Assembly: GCA_963765895.1 (NCBI GenBank)
Contig: CAVXZB010000023.1
Span: 192,001-256,000 of the forward strand
Direction: 5' to 3'
Source of the DNA: an uncultured Nitrososphaeraceae archaeon
GTDB lineage: Archaea > Thermoproteota > Nitrososphaeria > Nitrososphaerales > Nitrososphaeraceae
Length of the DNA stretch: 64,000 nucleotides
A model generated the notes under the pieces. That model did no database searches. It was not told the origin of the DNA and was given only the letters and a program-made list of their open reading frames with translations. Within the stretch, counting starts at the first letter, position 1. Every line of letters begins with the position of its first letter. Below are positions 22,479 through 32,695 of this stretch, in pieces. The position numbers were made by a program, and so were the translations under genes.

Positions 22479-23426
22479 TTACCACTTTAGGTTTTCAGTC
22501 TTCCGCATGTAATAGTATAGGTATTGTTGAGCATAGCCTGAATATTTTCCAAAGTACTGTCTCATCTTTTCTGAAATGTAGTGATATTGAAATTGGCTCA
22601 ATCCACGATCAGGTTGGAGATTGACGCTGCTATCGTTAGTACAATACACCTGCTTATAGTGTCGTTCTAGGGCTCTAGCAATCCAGATGTCGATTGGAAA
22701 GGCTTCAAGCTTGTCTAACGAAAATAACAGTATGCAATCCGCAATCTTGTTCCCAATTCCATATATCTTTAATAACGCACTTTTTGCTTCGTAATAGCTG
22801 ACATTCGAAAGAACTGAAAATTCGATCTCATGTTCAACTATACTCCTGGCGACGGCCTTGATGGCTTTAGCTCGATATCCAACGCCGCAGGATCTTATCT
22901 CGTTTATATCTGCTTTGTCTAAGCTCTTGATTGAAGGAAAGGTAAAGAAATTCCTTCCATCAAAATTAAGTCTTCGTCCAAATTTTTTTGAAAGATTTCT
23001 TAACATTTTACGAATCATCACTATATTCGTGTTACTAGAACATACAAACGATACTATGCATTGACACGGTTCCTGACGCATTATCCGCAGACCGTAAGCC
23101 TTTCTTATCGTCTTTTCCATAAGAGCGTCAGTTGATATATCCGAAAGAATTTTTGAAATATCATCATCGAGTCGGAAAACCCGAGTAGGCCAATTGTGCA
23201 TTTCAGGATATGACTCGAAGTGAATTTTTTGGACTAGGCTGAGTCTGGTATCTGTTTGGACAGGATCGTTATTAAATGAAGCAGAATAATCTGACGATAG
23301 TTTTAAAATATGGTCGCCATATGTGCCGTACCATGTACCATCAAGTTTTTCCCATAAGAACATTTGACCACTGTTAATCGTTATTTCAGGATTAAAGGCA
23401 TTAGTTAATGATAAATAATACGACAA
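22479..23426 (-). CDS. ogg1: 8-oxoguanine DNA glycosylase (OGG1 family, HhH-GPD)
   Basis: SGQMFLW, LRIMRQEP, SSNTNI, GYRAK, GIGNKIADCILLF, FPID, GYAQQYLY. Confidence 0.9.
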   Translation of the reverse strand: MSYYLSLTNAFNPEITINSGQMFLWEKLDGTWYGTYGDHILKLSSDYSASFNNDPVQTDTRLSLVQKIHFESYPEMHNWPTRVFRLDDDISKILSDISTDALMEKTIRKAYGLRIMRQEPCQCIVSFVCSSNTNIVMIRKMLRNLSKKFGRRLNFDGRNFFTFPSIKSLDKADINEIRSCGVGYRAKAIKAVARSIVEHEIEFSVLSNVSYYEAKSALLKIYGIGNKIADCILLFSLDKLEAFPIDIWIARALERHYKQVYCTNDSSVNLQPDRGLSQFQYHYISEKMRQYFGKYSGYAQQYLYYYMRKTENLKW

Positions 23427-23476
23427 AACTCAACAACCACCGCGCATACTTTGCTTTATAATCCTAGCCTATTTTA

Positions 23477-23674
23477 TTAAGTTGCCCTTTCCCTTATTTT
23501 CTTTAGATCATTTCTTAAGATTTCAATTATCTTGGGAATTTCTCTGGTCGCACAAGGAATGCAGATAAACTGAAAAGACAACGGGTATGTAAAATATTTC
23601 TCATTGATCGAGATATCGCGTTTACATGAAACACATTTTTTTAATTTATACGGATCGGTATTTTTTATGATCAA
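23477..23674 (-). CDS. Small C4 zinc-finger protein
   Basis: CVSC...CIPC followed by a helix; upstream TATA-like element. Confidence 0.7.
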   Translation of the reverse strand: MIIKNTDPYKLKKCVSCKRDISINEKYFTYPLSFQFICIPCATREIPKIIEILRNDLKKIRERAT

Positions 23675-24309
23675 ACCTGCCTAGTTTCATCAATAAGACT
23701 ATAAAAGTCTGGCTATCGGCTTTACTTCTAGACCTCAACATTGACGATATACTAAGGTATATCGATGCCAGCTCACGATTCGTTTTATCAGTCTGAAATA
23801 TCTGAATAAGATTTGGTAAGTCATTATTTTGTAAAGTATTCCATTGACGGTACTCCAGGGATCAGCATTTCGCATCGTAGTCCAAAAATAACTTGTCTAT
23901 CTATAAACGAATTTAACCTAGCATTGGAGCATAATTTACAATGCAGGGCTTCCATGTTAGAAAATAATGTTTGAACCTCGATCTTTTCTCTTGTTATGTG
24001 CATATTCTATGATCATTTGTTGGAGTCGTTACTATTAATATAGACTTATAATATTTGTAGTGATAACTTGGCGCATCTATGTTGAATCAAGATACTAGGT
24101 TTGGATACAAGATTATCAATACTTCCTACGATTTATAGGGTCTATACATAATGTCACCGAAATGTTTTTCATCTCAATACCAAAAAGTCTGAATCCTCGA
24201 ATAATATGATAAAGTTACAGCGATAGTATATTATGAACTTATAATGGAACAAATATTAGGAAAAATACTCTTACTATCTGCTTAAATATTTCCGCCTATA
24301 AAAATACAT

Positions 24310-24494
24310 GTGGTCATTCAAGCAAAATGTCCAGATTGCGGAGAGAGGGCAGAAATAGATGACGATACGACAACTGCGAGATGCCATTTTTCGGCCTAAG
24401 CCTATCCTATGAATCATATCTAGAATTAATGAAAGAGCGCGCAACCAATTTGGTAACCAATTTCCAATCCAATGTGGAAAACGATCCTGCCTAA
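24310..24494 (+). CDS. Small Zn-ribbon protein (~61 aa), 1-nt frameshift near 24391; absent from ORF track
   Basis: GTG start, QAKCPDCGERAEIDDDTTTARCHF; adding one G gives CGLSLSYESYLELMKERATNLVTNFQSNVENDPA*. Confidence 0.7.
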
Positions 24495-25076
24495 ATAGGC
24501 TTTTCACAGTGTGTGTAAATCCCTGGACGACAATCTTTTATATTTTTATAATATTTCCTCATGATATACATCTATAGGAAGATGCAAAATATTTGGGTAT
24601 TTAGAAATCACAAATTGTGTTAGAATTCGCCCCTTGCAAAACAGAGAACGTTTTAAACTTTGTACAAGGTGGGGTATGATCACCTGACATGCGTTTACAC
24701 GTCTTTTGATTAGGAAAAATAACAGTTATTTCGAAATAGATATTGCAGAAGTTGATTGAATTTGTATTTCTTTTCATTCATGATACACCTTTTAACCCAA
24801 ATTATTTTTAGAATATTGTCCCATAGCGAGGCAGATGTAATCCACGTTACCAGGTCCTCTGGAAATAATAACTTAATTTGAGGATTAAACTGATGGGAAA
24901 GATTTAGAACAGCTTTCACTTTAGATAAAAGAATAGATCATCTGCCCAGAGCTTAAAAGTAACTTGGATAACAAAACTTATTTGTTACTGATTCCGATTT
25001 ACTTTATCTGATTACGGCTCTTAATTGTAGGCATATGCAAAGATTAAATAATGCTCTGCAGTTGCTATATGGGCTA

Positions 25077-25478
25077 TTGACCCAGTTTAAAGTCATTATT
25101 TCTGATTCTAATGGTAGGAGCCAAACGCAAGAGCTAAAAGATGTAGCAGCACAGCCATTTTTGGGCTCTAAGATTGGAGATTCTATTGATTCTTCTACTG
25201 TCGGGATTACTGGAGGTAAGATCAGGATCACTGGTGGAAGCGATAGGTCAGGTACACCTATGCGTCCAGATATACATGGTGGAGTTAAGAAATATGTCCT
25301 TTTATCAAAAGGGGTCGGCATGCGAGATATCAAAGAGGGCAATAGAATTAGAAAGTTAGTAAGAGGAAATTTAATTACCGAGGAAATCTATCAGTTGAAT
25401 TGTATGTTGCTCGACAGTAATTTGCCCGATATATCAATAAATCAAGATAAACCCGCAAAGGACGACACAAAGCAATAA
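25077..25478 (+). CDS. rps6e: 30S ribosomal protein eS6
   Basis: FKVIISD, LGSKIGD, ITGGSDRSGTPMR, RKLVRGN..QLN; probable TTG start ~27 nt after TATA. Confidence 0.95.
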   Translation: MTQFKVIISDSNGRSQTQELKDVAAQPFLGSKIGDSIDSSTVGITGGKIRITGGSDRSGTPMRPDIHGGVKKYVLLSKGVGMRDIKEGNRIRKLVRGNLITEEIYQLNCMLLDSNLPDISINQDKPAKDDTKQ

Positions 25479-25681
25479 GATGGTACTCTGGCATGAAAGA
25501 CTGATCTGGACAAGTTCCCCATCCAAGAAGATATTCGCAAATAATGATTATATTGTTAACATGGCTTTTTTTGGTCGTTGTGTGTCTCCCAATTCGAGAG
25601 TATTCTGTCTATTGGTAGAATAATTTTTTAACTAAAGTACGATAACTACCTTAATATCACTCAGTAAATTCAGTATATGGA

Positions 25682-26946
25682 TTGCATTGGAGAGATACAC
25701 TACCTGACTGGTATATCAAAGAATACGGATATCAACCAAATATAAATATAGGGACGTCCGGTCACGTCGACCACGGAAAGACCACCTTAGTAGAAGCTAT
25801 AACTGGAGTCTGGACAAGTGCGCACAGTGAGGAGTTAAGAAGAGGCATTACCATTAAGGTCGGCTATGCCGACGCAGCATTCTATAAATGTCCACAATGT
25901 CCGCCACCCGATTGTTATTCGACTAATCCGTCATGTGCACGATGCGGAGGAAAAAGCGAGCTATTGAGGGTTGTCAGCTTCGTTGACTCGCCTGGCCACG
26001 AAAGCCTTATGGCAAACATGTTGTCAGGATCTGCGCTTATGGATGGAGCGATCTTAGTCATTGCTGCAAATGATCGAGTTCCCCAACCTCAAACCCGGGA
26101 GCACTTGCTTGCACTCCAGGTTCTAGGCATAAAACAAATAGTGGTTGTTCAGAATAAAGTGGATCTAACTGATTCTGAAAAGGCAGTCGAGAATTATGAA
26201 GAAATAAAGGAATTTGTAAGAAAAAGTGTAGCAGAGACGGCTCCCATAATTCCGGTATCCGCGCAGCACAAAATAAATATCGATGCTTTAATAGAAGCCA
26301 TCGAGAGCACAATAGAAACTCCTGTTCGCAAGAAAAATGCAAGCGCGATAATGCACGTCTTGCGCTCGTTTGATGTCAACAAGCCTGGAATCCGAATTAA
26401 ACAAGTCAAAGGAGGAGTCATTGGTGGTGCACTGGTCCAAGGAGAATTTAACATAGGGGACGAAGTAGAAATTCGACCAGGTTTTTTTGACGAGAAGAAA
26501 GGTAAATATGAACCAATTAATTCTACGATCGCGACATTAGGCACAGGGGCTGGTTTGGTAGATACTGTGAAACCAGGAGGACTCATTGCTCTCGGGTACT
26601 AAATTGGATCCAACGTTCGTAAAGAGTGATTCCCTAATCGGATCCGTTGTTGGAAAACCTGGAGAGTTACCCAAGGATATTGAAGATATAGTTGTTGAAG
26701 TACAGCTGTTTGATACCGCAGTAGGTACTCAAGAATTAGTTAAAGTTGATCCCATCAGAGTTAAGGAACCGTTGAGACTAAACATAGGTACAGCGAGCCA
26801 CATTAGGAACGGTTGCAAATTCTAGAGATAACAGAGTAGAGATAAAATTGAAAAAACCCATTTGCATGATGTCTAAAAGTAGAGTGGCTATTAGCAGAAG
26901 GATAACGGATAGATGGAGACTAATAGGAGCGGGTATAGCCTCATAG
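25682..26946 (+). CDS. eif2g: Translation initiation factor aIF2 gamma; frameshifts near 26595 and 26794
   Basis: GHVDHGKTT, EELRRGITIK, Zn knuckle, DSPGHE, NKVD; third frame ends RWRLIGAGIAS*. Confidence 0.97.
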
Positions 26947-27294
26947 CAAGGTGACTATCTTAACCTAAGTGGTTTTCCGTAGAACAGGTTACACTACGCG
27001 AATTAGCATTAGATCACACCTCTTTATTTGACCTTAATTATTAGATTGGTATTTCCATCCGTTGTCTAAGGCGTAGTTAAAGCTAATATAAAGTTGAGAT
27101 TCTAGTTTAGAAATCGGGTGACGTCTCGTAAAATCGGTAGTTGTTGCTTAGAGGCCCGAGTGACATTATCGATGTTCGCGTACTCTTCTTCTGGTAGGTT
27201 TCTTAACTCATTAAAAATCGATTTTCCTTGCCGATGATGTTGTCTCAAGTTATGAGAAAGTTTTTAATCTGGAATCAATCCGACATAAAAGATA

Positions 27295-28392
27295 ATGAGA
27301 GTTCTGGATATAGTGAGGACGAAAGTGGTTAGCCTTGATCCGGATGAGACAGTAGGCAAGGCTTTGAATATAATGTCTAAAAACAAGATTCATCAAATAC
27401 CGATTATCGATGGCGATTCAATATATAGGGGTATGATATTTGCGAAACAATTTGTGAGTATAAATGCCCTGCCTGACTCCAAACTCAGGAGCTTTATTTG
27501 TAATACTCCAATCCTTAATGAAAATGAGCAGATTGAAAAATGTGCCCAACTTATGATCGTCAGTGCGAATAGGGCATTACCATTACTCGATAACGGACGA
27601 CTTATAGGCCTAATTAGTGAGACAGACATTCTGAAGATTTCAGATTTCGGACATGCCACTGTAGATGAAGTGATGTCTGGTGCAATTGTAATTGAGGAAC
27701 AAACTACCCTAGGTAATGCGCTGTCTAAGATGCGTCGATACAATATATCGCGTCTTCCAATAATTAACACCAACGGAGTCCTAGTTGGTATCATTAACGC
27801 ACTGGACATAGCTGAAGTGATTTCCACTCCTCGGGAAAGGTCAACTAAGTCTAAAGGAATCGGTAGTCTAGCTACAATTAGAGATCTCGAAGTGAAATCC
27901 ATTATGAAACGCGCAATATCTGTCGAAAGGCGTACGAGAGTAAATGACATTATAGGCCATTTCAACAATAATGAAGAAGTAGTCATTGTCGGAGATAGAA
28001 GGCCCATAGGAATTGTCACTCCCAAGGATATCTTGGAACTGATTCTTCCCAGGATCAACAAACCTACTATTCATGTGGCTCATCTAGTAGATGAAGTCAC
28101 CCGTTCGGAGATCGAGACACAAATGCACAAATTTTTAGAAAAAATCCAGGGAAAATTGGGAGATATTCATCTAGCAGTGGTTTACGTCGACAAACATAAG
28201 ACCCGGAAATATTCGATGCGGGCCAGGTTATTTACTGATAAGGGAGTTATTAATGCAAAAGGTGTTGCGTTTGATCCCGTGAGCTCATGTAAGGTGATGA
28301 TATCCAGACTCGATAGACAAATAAAATCGGAACATAGTCAAAGAGTTAGAGACAGGAAGCATGCAAGATCAGCAAGAGGCACCATGAGATAG
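27295..28392 (+). CDS. Four CBS domains fused to a C-terminal HPF/RaiA (S30AE)-like domain
   Basis: Two CBS pairs (HQIPII, RALPLL..GLISETDI, SRLPII..GIINALDI, GIVTPKDI), then a beta-alpha-beta-beta-beta-alpha pattern ending SRLDRQIK. Confidence 0.8.
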   Translation: MRVLDIVRTKVVSLDPDETVGKALNIMSKNKIHQIPIIDGDSIYRGMIFAKQFVSINALPDSKLRSFICNTPILNENEQIEKCAQLMIVSANRALPLLDNGRLIGLISETDILKISDFGHATVDEVMSGAIVIEEQTTLGNALSKMRRYNISRLPIINTNGVLVGIINALDIAEVISTPRERSTKSKGIGSLATIRDLEVKSIMKRAISVERRTRVNDIIGHFNNNEEVVIVGDRRPIGIVTPKDILELILPRINKPTIHVAHLVDEVTRSEIETQMHKFLEKIQGKLGDIHLAVVYVDKHKTRKYSMRARLFTDKGVINAKGVAFDPVSSCKVMISRLDRQIKSEHSQRVRDRKHARSARGTMR

Positions 28393-28397
28393 ATAAG

Positions 28398-28528
28398 CGC
28401 AGATGAGGAGATTCGAACTCCTGATCGCCAACAGGCGAATCGGCTTGCTCTTAGCCCCGTAACTCAAGGCCGACGCATTATTATGTTCTTGCTGTTTTGA
28501 GCACAAAAGACCACTCTGCCACATCTGC
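28398..28528 (-). tRNA. tRNA-Ser(UGA) with two introns (D-loop ~28 nt; canonical 37/38, 17 nt)
   Basis: GCAGATG/CATCTGC acceptor with G73, TCGGC CT TGA G|..|A GCCGA, long variable arm TCGCC-TGTT-GGCGA, T-arm AGGAG TTCGAAT CTCCT. Confidence 0.88.
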
Positions 28529-28933
28529 ACGATTGATATCGTTAGCTAACTTACTATTATATGTTAACAAACAGATTGTTAGATATCCTGTCATATTTAC
28601 AATATCTAATATACGATTTACTTTCGTAAAGATGACAAGATACAAAAGCACGACCATAAAATAATAGATCTCTTCAAGACATATTTGACCTTTATCAATT
28701 GTACCTATAAGATTTGGACACGGTTTTGGGAATCTACTTCATCTACATGCAAAGCAAAATATTCTCACTAGCGAAAACAAGATTGTTTATCTTTTTGATT
28801 TTGATTTTAATTTGCACTCAACCCCGCGTTGTTTAATAATGTTCAGTATAGAGACATTTAAAATGTTAGTTTCTGTTTCGAATTGACTTATTTAGTAACT
28901 GCTTCAATCTAGCAAGGTCATTCATAAAAGAGG

Positions 28934-28964
28934 AAAGGACTAATCAAACAGTTAATAGTCCTTT
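28934..28964 (-). terminator. Inverted repeat just downstream of Lys-rich microprotein
   Basis: aaaggacta-N13-tagtccttt; T-rich run follows on the minus strand. Confidence 0.45.
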
Positions 28965-28976
28965 ATCAATGATCTG

Positions 28977-29039
28977 TTATTTTTTTGTCTTTTTTTCTCC
29001 CTTCTTTGCAGACTTAGCTGCTTTCTTCTTTGCCACCAT
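28977..29039 (-). CDS. 20-aa Lys/Ala-rich microprotein MVAKKKAAKSAKKGEKKTKK
   Basis: Clean ATG-TAA ORF, TTTAAATA box ~30 nt upstream, hairpin downstream. Confidence 0.65.
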   Translation of the reverse strand: MVAKKKAAKSAKKGEKKTKK

Positions 29040-29129
29040 TTTTCAATTTTATAAAATAACGATTTGTATTTAAATATTTTATAATATAATATTAACTCTA
29101 AATTATTCAGGAATACTAGGATTTAATCT

Positions 29130-29801
29130 CTAATCATTCTTCGTTAGGATTTTTGTTTCGCAAATCTTCACAAGATTACTAAATGTCATAGCATCTTGTT
29201 CCGAACCCACGATTGTTCCATAATGCATAGGTACTACAAACTTTGTAGGTCTTATAAGTTCGTTTGTTGCCTTCGCCGCCTCTTCTGCAGTCATAACATA
29301 TGTTCCAGATACCGGGACCAGAGCAATATCTGGTTTCGTGAATTCCATTTCTGGGATCATGTCACAATCTCCTGCGTGATATATTCGATACTTATCTAAG
29401 ACAATTATAAAACCTAGCTTATTATCTGTCTTAGGGTGGAAGCTCTTGTTTGTATTATAAGCAGGTACGCCTTCAATGAGGAAATTTTGGACCGTCAGCT
29501 TTTCACCTGGTTTAACCCCCCTAGATTCATGTGGAAGATCTGCTAACTTTTCAATACACTCGTCAGAGGCTAATATGTTAGTTTTTGGGTTCAAGATTTC
29601 CTTCAAATCCTCTAGGCTAAGATGGTCAAAGTGGTTGTGAGAAATAAGAACTATGTCTGCGTCATGGGCATTTTTTCTTGATTCACTCAACTTATATGGA
29701 TCGATGTAGATAGTTTTTTTTTCTTTATCATTTTTTGCAAAAACAATTTTGAATCCATCATGACCAAGCCAGGTTATCTGACAGGAACCATTTTGTAACA
29801 T
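29130..29801 (-). CDS. Metallo-beta-lactamase-fold hydrolase (UPF0173-like)
   Basis: WLGHDGF, IDPY, SHNHFDH, YHAGD, PMHYG. Confidence 0.92.
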   Translation of the reverse strand: MLQNGSCQITWLGHDGFKIVFAKNDKEKKTIYIDPYKLSESRKNAHDADIVLISHNHFDHLSLEDLKEILNPKTNILASDECIEKLADLPHESRGVKPGEKLTVQNFLIEGVPAYNTNKSFHPKTDNKLGFIIVLDKYRIYHAGDCDMIPEMEFTKPDIALVPVSGTYVMTAEEAAKATNELIRPTKFVVPMHYGTIVGSEQDAMTFSNLVKICETKILTKND

Positions 29802-29834
29802 GTCATTTTTCTAGAGCCATTTTAATTTAAAGGT

Positions 29835-30224
29835 TTAATATTGAATGTTATTAGCTACTATTATTCGATTTTTGCTAAGTGTAAAAACGAGAATTTCAGT
29901 TTCAATGAGCTTTCGCTTTAAATTCTTGTCAAGTGTTGCAGCAGCACATCTATTGGTCCTAACATAGTCAACTATCGCATCATCTACAGGATAAGATCGC
30001 TTGAATTTAACTAATCCAAATCTAGAATGAGCAATTTTAATAGCAGTCCTTGCAATCATGGATCGTTTTGGCCCCGCCACATCTTGAATATGCTTTAATT
30101 CGTCCAGTACCAGGTCTGGAACTAAGAAACACAATCTGCCCAATTCACTCTCAATATTATCCAATCGACTTATTCGATTAGAGACAAGAACCATTAGAAA
30201 ACTTGTATCGCAAATGACCTTCAC
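29835..30224 (-). CDS. PIN-domain nuclease (Fcf1/Utp24-like)
   Basis: VICDTSFLM, VPDLVLDEL, VDDAIV, ATLDKNLKRKL. Confidence 0.88.
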   Translation of the reverse strand: MKVICDTSFLMVLVSNRISRLDNIESELGRLCFLVPDLVLDELKHIQDVAGPKRSMIARTAIKIAHSRFGLVKFKRSYPVDDAIVDYVRTNRCAAATLDKNLKRKLIETEILVFTLSKNRIIVANNIQY

Positions 30225-30584
30225 AACTATTTCATCACTCTAACAATTACTGATCGGAATATATTCTGCATAGGATTTATAAAGTGCAATTCATCTTAAT
30301 ATCTATTGATCCAAAGAAGTAAAACGGCGATGATACTTCTGCATTCTGAATCTAATTCGTGATCTAGCATGTGTCTTAAATCATTCTTCTGCTGTGCGAC
30401 AGATTTGAGCGATAAAACAAGTAGTTGTTTTCCAAAATATGGACATTTCTCTTTAGAATTGAAGCAGAATTAACATCTCTAAAAGCATTATATTTTTTAT
30501 CCTGCAGTTTAAGATGGTGTAGAGAACACAGGATATCTATTACAAAAATGTAAAAGTGATAATCGCAAACTGTACCATCAAAAC

Positions 30585-31725
30585 ATATCACGTAACGTCT
30601 CCATACCTCTAAAGGTATTGGAAGCCTATACAAGAGATGTTGGCCGTGGCGTAGCACGTATTGACTATGACTCTATGGATTCTTTAAGCGCCTCTACTGG
30701 GGATGTTATAGAGATTAGAGGCAAACGTAGAACTGTTGCCAAATGTTTACCTCTCTACCCTTCAGATGAAGGTAAAGGGATTATCAGAGTAGATGGTCTG
30801 GTGAGGAATAATGCAGGAGTGGCAATAGGAGATACTGTAGTAGTAAGAAAGATTAAAGCAGTTCCAGCTGAAAAAGTAATAGTTGCACCTTTGGAAACAA
30901 TACCTTCTATAGATGAAAGATACCTAGCAGATGCCTTGGAGAGCGTTCCACTCATTAAGGGAGATAACGTGATGGTTCCATATTTTGGTGGAAGACTTAC
31001 TTTCCAAGTTATAGGCGTAACTCCAGTTGCGGACGCAATTTTGGTAACGCAAAAGACAGTGTTTCAGATATCAGAAAAGGGTGAAGTAGCAAGAGGAATT
31101 ACTAATGTGGCATATGAAGACATTGGCGGATTAAAGGAGGAAATCCAAAAGGTGTTCTGCTTCATTGTACTCTTAGTACAGGTAAAACTTTTACTCGTAA
31201 AATCTGTTGCAAGAGTCTAAGCTAATTTTACTAGCGTACGTGAGGCCTGAATTACTTAGCAAGTGGGCAGGTAAATTCAAAAAGGGGATTTAGAGAGATA
31301 TTCAGAATGGCAAGTCAAGCGGCCGGTTGTATAGTTTTCTTTGATGAAATTGATTCTATTACACTGCCTAGAGAGTGGGCATTGAATATACCCTTGCAAG
31401 TACTGAAAGAACTGTATCACAGCTCCTCGAGTGAGGATGAAATTCAACAGTTAAGTGGAGCGGTCACAGTTGCAGATACAAGTATAAATGATATGATTGA
31501 TCCGGCGTTAGTTAAACTAGGCGTTTTGATAAAATAGTTTTTATTCCTAATCCAGAGAGAAAATCCTAAAAGCATATTCAAGGGCAAAGCCATTAATCAA
31601 AATTTGGATATCGCAAAAATGACACGTCTTTAAAAAGAGGATTCTAGCAGAACGATGGCTCTCTAAGTATAGGTGATGTTAATGACAAAGCTATCCTCTT
31701 GATTCATCGAGAGTTATTCTGGATA
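30585..31725 (+). pseudogene. cdc48: CDC48/VAT AAA+ ATPase pseudogene
   Basis: Near-intact N domain, start codon apparently ATA, D1 deleted, D2 remnants (VLLH..TGKT, ELLSKW, FFDEIDSI, MIDPAL) with stops, shifts and substitutions. Confidence 0.9.
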
Positions 31726-31934
31726 GATTCAGATATTCTACAATTCACGGCAAACATTATTGTTGATGGTAACAATTAATTTGGAATTATGAATTCTCAG
31801 GACATGTTTTTCCTCTTCAATAGTCCGTATTATTATCTTCATTAGGAGCGATCTCCAGTGAACACTTCACGGAGAAGTCATCCCATTCCAATCCAATCCA
31901 CTAATGCTCTGTCAAAGATATAGATTAAAATTGC

Positions 31935-32486
31935 ATGGAGAATAAGTCTTTGCCTACGAGTATATTCTTAAGAGGAGCATTTATTGGTAGGTTTCAGCCG
32001 TTCCACCTGGGCCATCTTGCGACTGTAAAGTATGCTCTTAATAGTGTGCACGAGCTAATAATTGTAATAGGTAGTGCTCAGAAAAGTCATGAACCGAGAA
32101 ATCCGTTCACTGCTGGTGAACGTATTGAGATGATAAGAGATTCGCTGCAGGCAGACAAAGAGATAAGCATAGATAAAATATTCTTGATCCCTGTCCCAGA
32201 TATTGAAATACACGGTTTGTGGACTCGTCAAGTGGATCTTTTAGTTCCTAGATACGGTGTGATTTTTACCAACGATAGATTCACAAGGCAGCTATACATA
32301 GAGAGAGGATTCAAGGTAAAAGAGCCTGCAATGTTTAGGCGAGAAGAACTATCTGCCACTGAAGTCAGGGCTAGAATAGCGAATGGTAAAGAATGGAAGG
32401 AATTGGTCACTTTCCAAACTGCTACCATTATCGAACAAATAGGAGGAGTTGAACGAATACGACATCTCAATAATCTCGGCCCCTAG
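31935..32486 (+). CDS. nadM: Nicotinamide-nucleotide adenylyltransferase
   Basis: GRFQPFHLGH, GSAQKSHEPRNPFTAGER, SATEVR. Confidence 0.95.
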   Translation: MENKSLPTSIFLRGAFIGRFQPFHLGHLATVKYALNSVHELIIVIGSAQKSHEPRNPFTAGERIEMIRDSLQADKEISIDKIFLIPVPDIEIHGLWTRQVDLLVPRYGVIFTNDRFTRQLYIERGFKVKEPAMFRREELSATEVRARIANGKEWKELVTFQTATIIEQIGGVERIRHLNNLGP

Positions 32487-32695
32487 GAGATTGTAATAAG
32501 CCAAGTATCAAATAAGATTATTGTCATGGTTTATTAAGTATTTATAAAACTCCTATAAAATAAGAATTAATTCTATAATATTTAATATTTATAGAAAATA
32601 CTTTATCTATACAACGCCTTTTACCTTCATTAAAGTCATTTGTTAATAAAGGAAAATGTATTTCTATTTGATAAGTTGATATAATATGTATACTA

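Noticed and set aside
24505-24690. Degenerate Cys/His small ORF on minus strand (MSGDHTPPCTKF...ICDF)
   Set aside because: Needs several corrections to stay open and no family was recognised.
25682-26946. Programmed frameshifting or split genes in eif2g, rtcB, thrS, nirK and uspA
   Set aside because: No shared slippery motif, mixed +1 and -1 shifts, and window-wide frequency point to sequencing error.
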